This document shows positions 13,886-26,754 of a stretch of DNA of 64,000 nucleotides, piece by piece (positions within the stretch are counted from its first letter, which is position 1; the number at the start of each line of letters is the position of its first letter). A model generated the notes under the pieces. The model was not told where the DNA came from, did not search any database, and worked only from the letters and a program-made list of their open reading frames with translations. Both the position numbers and the translations under genes were made by a program. The stretch comes from Takakia lepidozioides (lineage: Eukaryota > Plantae > Bryophyta): assembly GCA_030704615.1 (NCBI GenBank), contig CM060733.1:11222001-11286000 (forward strand), in the 5' to 3' direction.

Positions 13886-16759
13886 GGTTTCCAAGCTTCA
13901 GAATTCAAATTTCCAATGACCCTCACCCTGGGAGCTGCGAAGATCTTCTGAATGTCTCGTTCTCTTCACTCGTATCCGCCTCCAAATTGAGAGCCTGTGA
14001 AACTGGGAACAAACTTACGTATTTCCATAATCATATGAGCTTGCCATTTTGGCACAGATTTCTATTTGAGGAACCTCACCCTTCCTATGTGCACCATTGT
14101 CTCCCCCGGTTGCCAAACACGTCGCTTTCAGATGGCTTCACCCAAACCCTAGACATTTCTCCTTACAAAAAAGAGGTCACACATACACCACGTACCTCCA
14201 CGTCCAATATGAACCCCCTCCCACCTTTGGCCACTCAACTAACCAACCGAAAAAAAAATAATAATCTCACTGTCCGTAACCCTCCACCCAACCGCAGTAA
14301 ACTCTCAGCAGCTAAACCCTTGTCAGCATCCACGCTCTCTCCACACCATCTTGACCCCTTTCTCGACTGTCCGCTACCCCCCCTCTCCAAACCTACAACC
14401 GTTCTTGCACATCTTATCTCCTCTCGAAAAATCTCCAACGCGGAAGCTGCCTCCCAAATTTCGCAGCCACTGAATACGAAACATGAAGAAAACGACTCCG
14501 CTTCTTTCTTCCACTTTAAATGATTCCTAGAAAAAAAGAAACGTTCCTCTGCGTCTGGAGCAAGGCGCGACGGCCGATGGTGCCCGCAAGCAAGGGCCAG
14601 CGAGAAAGCATCGCAGGCGAACCGAAGAGAAAGAGAGGGAAGCAGACGCGATAGCAGCCACGCTCTTGAAGCGCATGCTCAGCCCAGCTGCTGCGCCACC
14701 GTCTATCGCCGGTCTCCGGTGACCTGTCCGTTCAAAATAGCAATATCACCTTGGTAGTGTATTTTTGGTTTTTGTTTTTATTTGTTGCTACTATATATAT
14801 GTATGTAACGTATGGCAACTGAGATCAGAATCATATCTTGTCAAACAAGGGGTCTCTTCGGTTACTCCCTTGCTGCTGGGAGGGCTGGAAGTGACCTTCC
14901 TTGCTGGTTTGGGGCCACGACAGGCCTGGCCTACACTGCCATCCTGGCGCTGGAAAAGGCTGGCTCTAATTGGTTGGGTCTTACTTTCAAAGGCATCCCT
15001 TGAAGGGCTGGCTTGAATTTGTGGGTGCCAGGGAGTTGCCACTTGAAGAAGCTTAGTCATTGATGTAGCAACTGGCTCACCAGACCCCAGGCCCCCCCCC
15101 CCCCCCCCCCGCGGTGATGAGATCTGCTGGGCCAAAAACATCTCCCTCCTCTGGTTCCTTCACTTCCCTCTCAGCAGGCTGCAACTGAATCCCGGAGAAT
15201 GCACTTGGAAGGATAGGAAAAAAACCCCCTTCTTGGTTATAAGGTCAAGTTTGGTTACAAGCTACTGCTAGGTGACTCATGCTTTGCTGCTAAGTGGAAT
15301 GCAAAATGGAACATAAACTTGACCAGGCAAGGCTGGAGTAGGATCTGGAATGATGTCTGGGCCAAGCACAGATCAACGAAAGTCAGTGCCTTTCTTTGAA
15401 AATTAGCAAACAGAACTCTACCTGTGGCCATAACCATCCCAGACCTGAGTCCAGTCTGTTTGACGTGCCAAGGATCATGAGACTATCGAGCACTCCCTAC
15501 TCCAATATTGCTAGATCTCTTTCAGGGTCTAGTGATATGTCACTGCTTTCTACTCCAGTTGGATGGACCTGCCGCCCATCTCTGACCACCTGCTGCTTCT
15601 CGATCTGCAGAATGGGTCCTACTGGAACGCTTGCCCAATATGGCAAATTTAAGATTACTCTCTCTGGTCAATCTGGAAAGCTAGGTGCAAAATATTTTTT
15701 GAGGGAACGAGGCCCAGCATCAGAGCGATTCTTTGCAAAATATATGCTGATCTGATGACTGAGGGCCACAAGGCATGGATGGTTTTGCTTGCAGCTTCCA
15801 GCAGGTGTAATGAAAGGAGGAGGCAACAGCTGTTCTCGGACTTCGACATCACCTGGGCTAAAGACAGCATCATCTGCACCAGGATTTGTGACACTCGAAT
15901 CGTTTGGAATGACAACCTCCCCAGGGCTTGGCAAATCGCTAGCTGAGTCTGAGGCACCAGAAGCTGAGTTCGTACAAATCGAAGGTTCAGCTGGACTTTG
16001 GAGCCTAGTGCAGTAGGGAGAAGTGGATCCCTGTTCTGACATGGGCTATTGGACTCCCATCTCGCTCTGTAGTTGGACACCTTGCCTGCTGCTAGTGAGC
16101 TTTTGTTCTCCCTAGCTTTTTCTAGTCTTCCTTTGTTTCTCTACAGAGCTGGGTCTCTGCCTTAATTTAGCACGCCATCTGTTCTCCCCCCTTCCTTTGG
16201 TCATTGGGTGTACCCTATGGGATTCGCCTTTACGGCTCTCCTCGGAGGTTATTTTTTCCTCCGTTCTGACCCCCATTTTTGCTCTCTCTTGTGATGTATC
16301 TCGCAGCCTTTACGCACATATTTATAAAGTTTTGAGGCCACCGTCCCTCTTCTTTATAAATAAATAAATCATAGAATGATTCATAAGTTACACACTTGAA
16401 TTTTAGGGAGTTATGTTTTCCTGAAGAAATCACCAATGATGAATCTTACCTTATCCACCCTGCGGCCGACTTGTCTTCACTTTTACTGCAGAATAGTCCC
16501 TCTTTTCTCCCTCTCTTGTCACCGCTCTTCGACTCTTTTGTGGACATTTTGATGCAAGAAGGCAAGGCAAATCCAGTCTGGTTGGGGCAATTGTCCTGAG
16601 CAGGATCGCGCGGAGTGTGGACCTTGACTGAACATAAGAATCTATGCTTTTTATTCTATACAAAAAAAATAAAAATAAAAAAATAACAAAGAGGGACGGT
16701 AGCCTCAAAATGCTTCTCATTGTAAAACGCTTCTCAAATGTTGTTGAATACTTAGGTCT

Positions 16760-17140
16760 TTAAGCGGGCAGGCAGCGGGCTCCACGCACGGACACTGGGT
16801 CGCATCGGTCCCAGCCCCCAAACCCGCCAGCCGCGCAGGTAGGGTCTGCTGGCGCAGAATTAGGGTCCACCCTCCTCATAGGCCACGCTGGGGCTGACAG
16901 CTCCCATTCTAGCGACGACCAAAGGTCGGAAGCTAGTTTAGCGTAGAGCAGGAATAGGGTGCCATAGTGCCACGTCATCATCACCACGTCATCGTCGTCG
17001 TCAATTTCTTTGGAATCTGCCCGGACGGCCCGCGAGAAATAGACCAATAGAAATCGCCGCACCAACGTTTTTGGAACTGCCCGCAATGCCCGGATCTTGA
17101 TCTTCTTGAACTGCAGGAGCTCTGCGTTTTCCGCCATCGT
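16760..17140 (+). promoter_or_regulatory. GC-rich putative promoter upstream of the degenerate PPR locus
   Basis: GC/CpG-rich stretch with TGCCACGTCA/CCACGTCA (G-box/ABRE-like, ~16968-16991) and CCAAT (~17044), just upstream of the PPR 5' region. Motifs only. Confidence 0.25.
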
Positions 17141-17159
17141 TCACCTTGCAAGCACAGGC

Positions 17160-19150
17160 ATGGATAGCTGAAGGAGCAGGGATCGAGTGTGGGTCCAGAT
17201 TTATAGATCGATCGGACATTATCTGACTACAGACACTAGCAGCACACACAACAGGTTATTGCCAGGCTGTGTTTCAATCTCTGCCTCTTGTTAGTACCAT
17301 GATTTGGTATTCTTCCTGATGTTTACAAGGTTCTTGGGAGAGTCAGTTCGGTCTTAGCAGGCTGTGTTTCAATCTATGCCTGCTCAGCTGCATCATGTTG
17401 GTTCTCACATACCAATCCGACATCACCTGACACAAACAGCACACACAAGGGGTCCTTTTGGGTTGATGGTCAAATCCTCCATGGATCATGCCACAAGGTC
17501 AAGGACAATGTGGTGAGGGCACCTTCTTCTTCGACCTATTTCAGCCTGTTTTGCCCTCTCATCAGACTCGGCCCTAAGATGCATATTGAATTTTCAAGGA
17601 CTCAATGTGGTGAGGGCACCTTCTTCGACCTATTTTCAACCTGTTTTGCCCTCTCATCAAACTCGGCCCTGAGATGCATATTGAATTCTGCAAGTTAGGT
17701 CGTTGGGTAGATGGTCAACTGGAAACAGCAGCGGCAGTGGCACAAATGATAGAACAAGGCACTGCTAATGTTCAGGTACCTTCTTCAACATTTTTCACCC
17801 TATTTTTCCCTTTTGTCAGAGTCGGCCCTAAATTTCCATGTTGAATTATGCAAGTTAGCTGGTTGAGTGAATCTGGTTTGGAGTGACTTTGACATGATAC
17901 TGCCAATGTGATAACAGGAAAGTATCTGAAAACAGGTAACATAGAGAAGGTGTGGAATGAATACTTTGTTGACCCCAGTCAATGGTAGGACAACCGAGGC
18001 AAAAAGTTGAATCCCTGGTAGATGACAGAGAGTAGCAGACGCAATTCAGCATAGGAACTAGTGTGATTGGGTGTTTCCTAGGTTGTCATTGTCAGCTGCT
18101 AGCAGCAAGGGAAAAGATGAATGCATGATTTGTGAAGAAGCATGGATTTTGGCATTTGATGCCAAAATGCCGAAATGAGACGTGGTCTCTTAGACTGCAA
18201 TAATTGCAGGATGTACTGAGCAAGGGCATGGTGAAGAGGCATTTGAACTCTTTGGGCAAATGCCACAAGAAGGTGTAGAGCCCGACAAGGTCACTCTCAT
18301 TTGCATCCTCAAAAGGTATGTCAGCCCAGCAGCTCTAGGGCAGGGCAAGGGGCTTCATGCCCACATTGTCAGAGCTGGATTTGAATCAGATGTTTATGTA
18401 GGAATTAGCCTTGTCCATATGTATGCCAAGTGTGGGAGTTTGGTGGATGCGCGAAAGATGTTTGAAAAATGTCTAGGCGAGATGTGATTTCATGGAATGC
18501 TCACGCTCTTTCGGCAAATGCAACTAGAAGGCGTGATGGTCCATACCCATATCATTGAAGCTGGCTTTGAGTCAGATGTCCGTGTGGGAAACACCCTTCT
18601 CAGCATGTATGTCAAGTGTGGGAGTCTGGTGGATGCATGCCAAGTCTTTAACAATATGCCTGAACAAGATGTGGTTTCATGGAATGCAATGATTGCAGGA
18701 TACATTCAACAAGGGCGCACTGAAGAGGCATTTGAACTCTTCTGGCAAATGCAACGAGTAGGTATGAAGCCTGACAAGCTCACATTTGTTACCATCCTCA
18801 ACGCCTGCACTGGCCAGCAGCACTGGAACAGGACAGGCGTGTACATGCCTACATCACAGAAGGTGGAGTTGAGGCAATTGTCTGTTTAGGGAATGCCCTT
18901 GTCAACATGTATGTCAGGTGTGGAAGCGTGGATGCGCGGAGAGTGTTTGATGCTTCCATAATTATAGCAACAAGAGCTAGCTGAATGCATCCTGGACGTA
19001 TGTTCTAAAATTAGAACCACAAAATGTTGCAGTGTATATGCTGCTGTCAAATATCTATGCTGCAACTCAGATGTGGACAATCTAGAAAAGACCAGAAAAT
19101 TGATGGAGGATAGAAGTCTGAAAAAGGTGGCAGGGCGAAGCTGGATATAG
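17160..19150 (+). pseudogene. Degenerate PLS-class PPR gene with E domain (5' leader ~17160-17990, repeats ~18140-18960, E domain ~18970-19150)
   Basis: PPR peptides GFESDVYVGISLVHMYAKCGSLVDARKMF and DVVSWNAMIAGYIQQGRTEEAFELFWQM. E-domain remnant VYMLLSNIYAA...KTRKLMEDRSLKKVAGRSWI*. Multiple frameshifts and stops. Confidence 0.85.
17505..17860 (+). repeat. ~95-bp tandem duplication (2 copies plus a partial third)
   Basis: CAATGTGGTGAGGGCACCTTCTTC...CTCGGCCCT(A/G)AGATGCATATTGAATT occurs at ~17506 and ~17603; a partial copy lies at ~17775-17860. Confidence 0.75.
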
Positions 19151-19339
19151 ATCACACCACAAACAGGGGAGATCTTTCCAATCTTGAAACATTGCGGAAG
19201 GGGATGAAAGAGAGGATATGCTTCTGACACATTTTGTGTTGCGTACTGTGGATCAGGTGTAGAAAATGGTAGTCTGCATATGTGGAGTCCTCGCATGGAC
19301 CTTGTCTGTGATGGTCAAAAAGAATACAAGGCCTATGCA

Positions 19340-22243
19340 GGTTGCAGCCTGAAGACAAGGCTTTTGGATCGCCAATTTTTACTCGGGCGAATGTAGGAGG
19401 CATTTCAGCAGATTCAGATACGTTTGTCTGTCTCTTGCTTAAGTGCATCAAGATGAAAGGTCTGGAAGCTAGAAAGCAGGTGCACACTCACATTATCCAA
19501 AGTGGATTCATGCCAAGAGTGGATTCACGCAGGGTATGCACAGCAAGGACGTGGTATGAAGGCTTTGGAGACCTATGATCGAATGATGGGGGAAGGGGTG
19601 AAGCCCGACCACATCACCTTTGTGTGCATTTGCGATGCGTGTGCAAGCCTGGCAGCTCTGGAAAAGGGCAAAAGAGGTCCATGGCGACATTGTCAGAGCT
19701 GCAATTGTACCGAGTGTCATTCTAAACAATACCCTCGTGGACATGTATGAAGGGAGTGTTCGACAGTATGGCTGAATGAGATGTGGTGTCGTGGAGTGCA
19801 ATGATTGTAAGATATGCACAGCAAGGGCGCAAGATGGAGGCTTTGGAGACCTCTGAGCAAATGATGTGCGAAGGGGTGAAGCCCAACCGCATAACGTTTG
19901 TTTGCATTGGCAATGCGTGTGCAAGCCTGGCAGCCCTGGAAAGGTGCAAAGAGGTCCATGGTGACATCGTCAAATCTGGAATTGTACCCAATGTCATTCT
20001 GAATACTGCCCTGCTGGACATGTATGTCAAATGTGAGTGCATCAAGGATGCAAAGGGAGTGTTCGACAATATGGCTGAATGAGATGTGGTGTCGTGGAGT
20101 GCGACGATTGTAGGATATGCACAGCAAGGATGCGGGATGGAGGCTTTGGAGACCTATGAGCAATTGATGTGCGAAGGGGTGAAGCCCAACCGCAACACAT
20201 TTGTTTGTGTTTGCAATGCGTGTGCAAGCCTAGGAGCTCTGGAAAAGGGGAAAGAGGTCCATGGTGACATCGTCAAAGCTGGATTTGTACCAGATGTCAT
20301 CCTGAACACTACCCTGGTGGACATGTATGCCAAATGTGGGTGCATGAAGGATGCGAATGGAGTTTTCAAATGGCTGAACAAGATGTGGTGTCATGGAACG
20401 CGATGCTTGCAGGGTATGATGGGGGAAGGGATGAAGCCCGACCACATCACGTTTGTGTGCATTTGCAATGCGTGTGCAAGCCTGGCAGCCCTGGAAAAGG
20501 GCAAAGAGGTGAATGGTTGCATCGCCAAAGCTGGAACTGTACCAGGTGTGGACCTGAACACTGCCCTGGTGAACATGTATGCCAAATGTGTGAGCATTGA
20601 GGATGCAGAGGGAGGGTTCAACAATATGGCTGAACGAGATTTGTTGTCGTGGAACGTGATGCTTGCAAGATATGCACAGCAGGGCGTGGGATGGAGGACT
20701 TGGATACCTATGAGCAAATGATGGGGGAAGGGGTGAAGCGCGATCACATCACGTTTGTGTGCGTGTGCAAGCCAGGCAACCCTGGAAAAGGGCAAAGAGG
20801 TGCATGGTTGCATCGCCATAGCTGTACAGATGTGATTCTGAACAATACCCTCGTGGACATGTATACCAAATGGAGTGTTCAACAATATGGCTGAACGAGA
20901 TTTGGTGTCATGGAACGTCATGCTTGCAGGGTATGCACAGCAGGGGCGCGGGATGGAGGCCTTGGATCAGACCTATGAGCAAATGATGGGGGAAGGGGTG
21001 AAATGCAACCACATCATGTTTGTGAGCGTTTGCAATGCTTGTGCAAGCCTAGCAGCCCTGGAAAAGGGCAAAGAGGTCCATGATGGGGGAAGGGGGGAAG
21101 CCCAACCACATCATGTTTGTGTGCATTTGTAATGCTTGTGCAAGCCACATTCATTTGTGTTCTCAATGTTGGTGCCAGCATGGTGGCCCTGGAGAAGGGC
21201 AAAGATATCCATGCTGACATTATCAAAGCTGGAATTTCGTCATACATTAATTGGGAGACTGCCCTTGTTAACATGTATGCCAAATATGGGAGTGTAAGGG
21301 AGGCCTGTCTAGTGTTCAACAATATGGTGGCAGGATATACCAAGCATGGTTGTGGTAGGAATGCCTTCGAGACATATGATCAACTGATACAGCAAGGGGT
21401 GATGGCCTATCAGGTCACATTTGTTTGCATTCTCAAGGCTTGTGCGAGACTGGCAGCCCTGGAAAACGGTAAAGAGGTCCATGCTGACATATGAAAGCTG
21501 GACTTGTACCAAATCTGATTTTGAACAATAGCCATGTTGACATATATGCAAAATGCGGGAGCATGAAGGTTTGCAAAGAGAGTATTTGTCCTGAACAGGA
21601 TGTGGTGTCGTGGAATGCGATGATCACAGGATATGCCCAGCATGGGTGTGGGATGGAGGCTTTGGGGACCTATGAGCAAAAGATGCGGAAGCATTCAACA
21701 AATTACAGCTGTGGTTCTGAACAATACCCTCGTGGACATGTATGCCAAATGTGGGTGCATCGAGGATGTGGAGGGAGTGTTTGACCATACGAGTCTAGTA
21801 GGTTTGGAGTGCCATGATCGCAGGATATGCACAGCAGGGGCACGGGATGGAGGCTATGGAGACCTACAAGCAAATGATGTGGGAAGAGGTGAAGCCTGAC
21901 CACATCACGTGTGTTGGTGTTTGCAACGTGTGTGCAAGCCTCGTAGCCCTGGAGAAGGGCAGAGAGGTTCATAGCGACATTGTCAAAGCTGGAATTGTAC
22001 CAGATGTCATTCCGAATAGTGCCCTGGTGGATATGTATGCCAAATGTGGGTGCATTGAAGCGAAGGGAGTGTTCGACAATATGGCTAAACGAAATGTGGT
22101 GTCTTGGAGTGCCATAACAGCAGCATGGGTGTGGGATGGAGGCTATGGAGACCTATGAGCAAATGATGCAGGAAAGGGGTGAAGCCAAATCACATCATGT
22201 TCTTGTGCATTTGCAATGTGTGTGCGAGCCTGGCAGCCCTGGG
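19340..22243 (+). pseudogene. Degenerate PLS-class PPR gene made of about 9-10 near-identical PLS triplets
   Basis: Recurrent GVKP(D/N)HITFVCICNACASLAALEKGKEVHGDIVKAGIVPDVILNxTLVDMYAKCG...DVVSW units in shifting frames; N-terminal GGISADSDTFVCLLLKC. Confidence 0.9.
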
Positions 22244-22334
22244 CACAGTTATTCATGTTGTAGACAGCATAAAGTAGAGGGAGTGTTTGAGAGAGATTCG
22301 TCATTGCTGTAATGTTACCCTGTTTGTAGCTCAG

Positions 22335-22719
22335 GGTATATATATGCTGGTGGCGGGATTTTCCCGACTCCCCAAATATCTGCCTAAGGCCGTCTGGCGC
22401 TACCGTATGTCTTACATAGGCTTCCATATGTATGCTCTATCAGATCGATACCAACCGAAACAAGTGGGAAGATTTGGCAGTTGTTTTTGGCATGGTCATT
22501 GGCTACAGACTTATCTTCTTCCTCATGATAAAGTTTACTGAGGATGTGAGCCCAATCCTCCGCTCGCTCCTTGCCAAGCTTGCCCAGGGCTGCCTGACAC
22601 GGAAAAATTCGGCTGTCCATAACACAATTCGACCCCTCTCTATGACACCATCCCCTGTCCATGATGTTGCTCCGCTGCGGTATTCCACAGGCAAGCGATT
22701 TGGTGTGTCCCCATGTTGA
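22335..22719 (+). pseudogene. Last exon of an ABCG11/WBC-type half ABC transporter, with an internal deletion
   Basis: Acceptor CTCAG|GGT, then GIYMLVAGFSRLPKYLPKAVWRYRMSYIGFHMYAL, a frameshift/deletion, then YQIDTNRNKWEDLAVVFGMVIGYRLIFFLMIKFTEDVSP. This matches the C-terminus of plant ABCG11/12-type proteins. Confidence 0.8.
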
Positions 22720-23369
22720 TTCTTACAACAAGGAAAAAGTACATGTCACTATCTTAGGTAATCTAACAACTGCGCCAACAGTGCTGCTGTGAACATGATA
22801 CGGCAGCAATGGTAATGCATGAAAGAGGGTGATTGATGGTTAACACTTCTAGCGGTACTGGAAAATTCATCTAGATCCCATTCACTGGTGGGAATTTGCA
22901 ATAACAAAGCCTCTAGCTGAGAATATTGTTTTCTTTGCTTTTGGTTAGCTCAGTTGTAGAGAGAGCTGGTGCCACAAGAGTCTGATACAGAAATGTGAGG
23001 TAATTATTCTAGTCTATCAGTGGGGAATCCAGAGATTAATGAAGCGATAAAGGTGGCAGTTACTTGTCCTGCCTCAATCATAGCAACAACCATTACTTCT
23101 AGGTACATAATTTATTGCTACACAAATTCTGTCATTGGCACCTGCTGTGTATTATATTCTGTAGTGAAAAGCCTTGGACAGCTGCTTCTTTTTCCCTTGT
23201 TGAACGGATGGAATGCAACTGATCTGAGAATGTATTGCAAGAATGCAGTCTGCAATGTAGAGTCTGTATGGACAATGTAATGGTGATTCCAGCACTGGAC
23301 TGTGATACTGGCAACTATGAAGTGCGTAGAGAAAGCAGACAGACCAAACTTGGGAAGGAGAAATAAAAG

Positions 23370-23530
23370 AGAGACCACTGGACCACCTGAGGCTCCTCAT
23401 GATATACTTAGTGCTTCAGAAAATAAATATGGATACTCTAATGCAGGGTGCACTACAATCTCAGATCCTGCTTTCCACCACTTTGAAGATGGGATTTGTT
23501 CTTGTGGTGATAGGATGTTTTCTTGGAAAG
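23370..23530 (+). pseudogene. Remnant of a PPR DYW-domain C-terminus
   Basis: FHHFEDGICSCGD (cf. the canonical FHHFKDGxCSCGDYW); the terminal DYW is lost. Confidence 0.65.
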
Positions 23531-24017
23531 ATGCTAGTGTCTGGTGACAGTGGATGGAAATCAGAGTGCTGTCCTAATTCTGGGTTTGGGTGGTGGAGCT
23601 TCTCCAAAGCTTGAAGATGGAAGTGAATACGAATTTTAATGAGCTTGATGAGAGGGGCAGCCCTGTGCACGAGTTTGTTCAGCATCTTAAATTTAGACAT
23701 GTTTGTTTGTTTCTCATGGTGTGGCTTTGGATGGAGCCCTTGATGAACTTAAATGAATATTGTCAAAAGCTAGCGTTAAGCCACCAAGATCCAATCCCAC
23801 GGTGGATGCTTGAAAGTTCATATAGTGAATGTAAGGGTATTTGGGTATGTTGTTATTGATTGATGCGGCTTGTGAAAATTGAACATTGAAATGCAGATCC
23901 GCCATCTTTCTTCCAGAAAAAAACAAAACACGGGATCTCTGCATGTAACACAATGGGGATGACCCACCCCTTTTTTCTGAAAAATTGAACGTAGTTCTCA
24001 GAATTCGTCGCTAGTAG

Positions 24018-24048
24018 TGCGGAGCAACGCGAAGCCCTAGTTTTCTAG
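24018..24048 (+). mobile_element. Possible degenerate Helitron 3' end
   Basis: GCGGAGCAACGCGAAGCCCTAGTTTTCTAG|T: a GCAACGC core as in the plant Helitron terminal hairpin, followed by CTAG and T. The hairpin pairing is imperfect. Confidence 0.3.
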
Positions 24049-24087
24049 TATAAGGGATAAAAAAAACTGGTAGTGTAGAAGCAACTA

Positions 24088-24155
24088 GTAGATAGTGTGG
24101 TGGTTGGGTGCTATAGATGGTGTCCGTGAGGTTGCGAGTTCAATCTCGGCTGGCG
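24088..24155 (+). other. tRNA-derived (SINE-like) segment, not a functional tRNA
   Basis: A-box-like TAGTGTGGTGG and T-arm-like CGAG-TTCAAT-CTCG; no complete cloverleaf. Confidence 0.3.
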
Positions 24156-25829
24156 TTGTAATGCATTAATGATGATCCCTTTTACGGTCTAAGTCCCGAG
24201 GGCAGGGCGGTATGCGGCGACCCTACATTGGACTCGAGCATACCCGGACCCGCATTCGAGGGGACCCGCCAGCCATTGGATGCCAGCAAACCCACTCACC
24301 GGGTGGTCGGGGGCGATTCGATGTTCGTGCATCCGCGAACAAAATGGGATAAACCCCGATGAGGAGGCATGATCAGTCATTCATCAACTTAATTGATCTC
24401 TCAGAGCCTCTGTTGGCCCAACAAAATGCAGTCTGCGGAGGGCATGTCGGAACGTGGGGTCCTCTCAAGTGAATCAAGCCTGCCAAATTTTATTTATTTT
24501 GTGCGTTCGATTCTCTTCGCCCCGCTTGGCAGTTTCATCTCTTCGGTGGAAGAGATGATAGTGCTTCGCGGAACAATGACTCTCCGTCCCCGCATAGTGA
24601 ATTCAAAAAATACTAGATCTTTTTGCGATGGGGGAAGCCCTCTTAAAAAGTTGTTGGGAGGTCAATTTTCAATCGCATTCAATCGCACAGCGGATGAAGG
24701 GCGAAAGGTGCGCTGCCTGGCGCACACGTGAGACTTAAAGACCCAATTAATCTAAAATGAGAGGCCCTCGAAACTTTATAGACAATGACTTAAATGTCCG
24801 AGACATACAAGAGGAAAAAATGACCTCTGGGAAAGTGTCATGGAGGCTGATAGACCTTCTATATTTATATACTCTTTGATTGCATAGACGGAAATGCCAT
24901 TATGGATTACAGCTTCCTCTGTTTTTATTTTCATTTTTTAAATTAGTAAAAAGGGGAAGAAGCCCTTCATGTCGTATTGGAAGAAAACAAGGAAAAAAAA
25001 CCTTTGTGTTTCATGTAGCTACAAACGGGATTCAACATACCCCCGACCGATAGGGAAAACCAAAACAGGTAGATCAAGCAAAAATGAGATCAGCCCCAAT
25101 ATAGAGCAATGAAACATATCAAGAGAAAAATGAGATCTCACTTTATATAGCATGCAGAGTCCAAGTCGTCGATTACTAAAGACAATAGAAAGTGTCATCC
25201 TAAGGAATAGGGAGATATTCGATCGAGGCAAGTCTAATCCACAACATGAAACCCATAGGTGCATAGAAAGAGCTAGCTCAAGAAAATTTATAATTTCCTA
25301 CACATAGGCTCAAAGTTCATGAAGTATGATTTTACTTTAGAATTAGGGTCTTTCCAATGCCCCACTTCATGATATCTTCATCTTGATCCACTGGACAAGC
25401 CAAAAAACTTAGAGGAACTTCCAAGATCTAGAGAAACTATCTAGGTTGAACCTGCTGTCACCATGGATTGTGGAGCAAATCATGGTGTCCCTCCACCTCC
25501 AAGGGATATCAAAAACCAAGATGAGGTTTCGAGAGCATCGACAAAGCAGGCCTAGTTGCGACCTTGTGTTAGTAAGTCAAGATGACTCTTGTGAAGAATT
25601 CAAGATAAGTTATGATGCTCCATTGAAAGTATTGCAATTAGATTGTTGAAGATCTTAAAGATGGAAGACCAAACCAAAAAAAAATGGTCGTTGTGGCCCT
25701 CAACATTCAGCTTGAGAGTTAAGAGAGAGTTCGTCAGGTTTTAATCGTGTTATAATAATAGAATGTCATGCTCACTATGACGATATTCATGTTGACTACT
25801 ATGGTGGAAGATTATGGGATTACAACTTA

Positions 25830-26245
25830 TCAGCAGGTGGAGACATCTGCCATAGTCGCCATGTGACGAGCATGTTGGATAATGGGGATGCCGGTGGACA
25901 TACACCGGTTGGAGAGGTCATCTGATTCATGAGAAAAAAGAGAAGCTAGACATGGGATTGAGTATGTGAGATGATGAGATGGTTGAGAACTGATATACAC
26001 AGAATAGTATGGAATAAGATATGGATAGATCTTGCACTTGGTGGTAGGGTGGTCCAAGAGAGGTTTCCTAAAACAAGCTCTAGCTGGTTCTTGAAATGCA
26101 TGTGAATAATAGAGAGGTATTATAGATGTAAAGATATATTCTCATTTTTATGAAAAATCAATGTGATAGTTTGAAACTCTGTGGACTCAAATGTTATGTT
26201 TTGGGCTAGCGTTGTGATGAGGTCGTGATTAACTGGTATCAGAGC
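25830..26245 (+). mobile_element. LTR remnant followed by a tRNA-Met primer-binding site
   Basis: TGGTATCAGAGC at 26234-26245. The upstream sequence is homologous to 32038-32190 and 33435-33518. Confidence 0.55.
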
Positions 26246-26754
26246 TTAGGTGAGTGATAGAATGGTGAACGTTTCAAATTGTGATTTGATGAGCCAAGTC
26301 TCATTTAGGTCAACAGTAGTTTACCACGAAAGTCCTACGATAGTTTTGATGCTATGAAGCGTTCTTTAATTCACACCCAAGGGAAAATCAGAAAAATCAA
26401 CCTTTAATCTCCAATGTGCAAATGGAAGCGCTTGGTGCCCTTATTTGTTCACAATTACATATGTAACATTTGTGAAAGAGCAATCCACTACAAAACGTTG
26501 GCTTGTTCAATGCAATATGCAAGGTACTTGGAAGCAAGAGGAAAGAGAGGGAGGCCTACTTGTTGCGGTAGGGACGGCTTGCTGCTATGCTGACTTGCTC
26601 GCTAGCTCCCCGCGCTCCCTACCATGTAATCACCCGTGAACACTAAAACAAGTGGCTAGTCGCGTAATGGCTCCACCCTAAAACTCTTAAGTACAAAATT
26701 TACTTAAAATGTTATATTAAAATAAAATAATCACACATTTAAACTATATTTTAA

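Noticed and set aside
13741-14523. 260-aa plus-strand ORF and other antisense ORFs over PDS5 (e.g. 1199-1831)
   Set aside because: They overlap the PDS5 5' region or exons in antisense and have no recognisable domains.
14790-16080. Minus-strand ORF remnants possibly from a LINE ORF1 (weak C-x2...H-x4-C near 15260-15320), and a C18 run at ~15093
   Set aside because: Motifs are too degenerate to support a call by eye.
24088-24155. Functional tRNA gene
   Set aside because: No acceptor or anticodon stems; kept only as a tRNA-derived remnant.
25330-25740. Faint retroelement pol traces (GLSNAP) and a purine tract
   Set aside because: A single short motif in stop-ridden sequence; insufficient.
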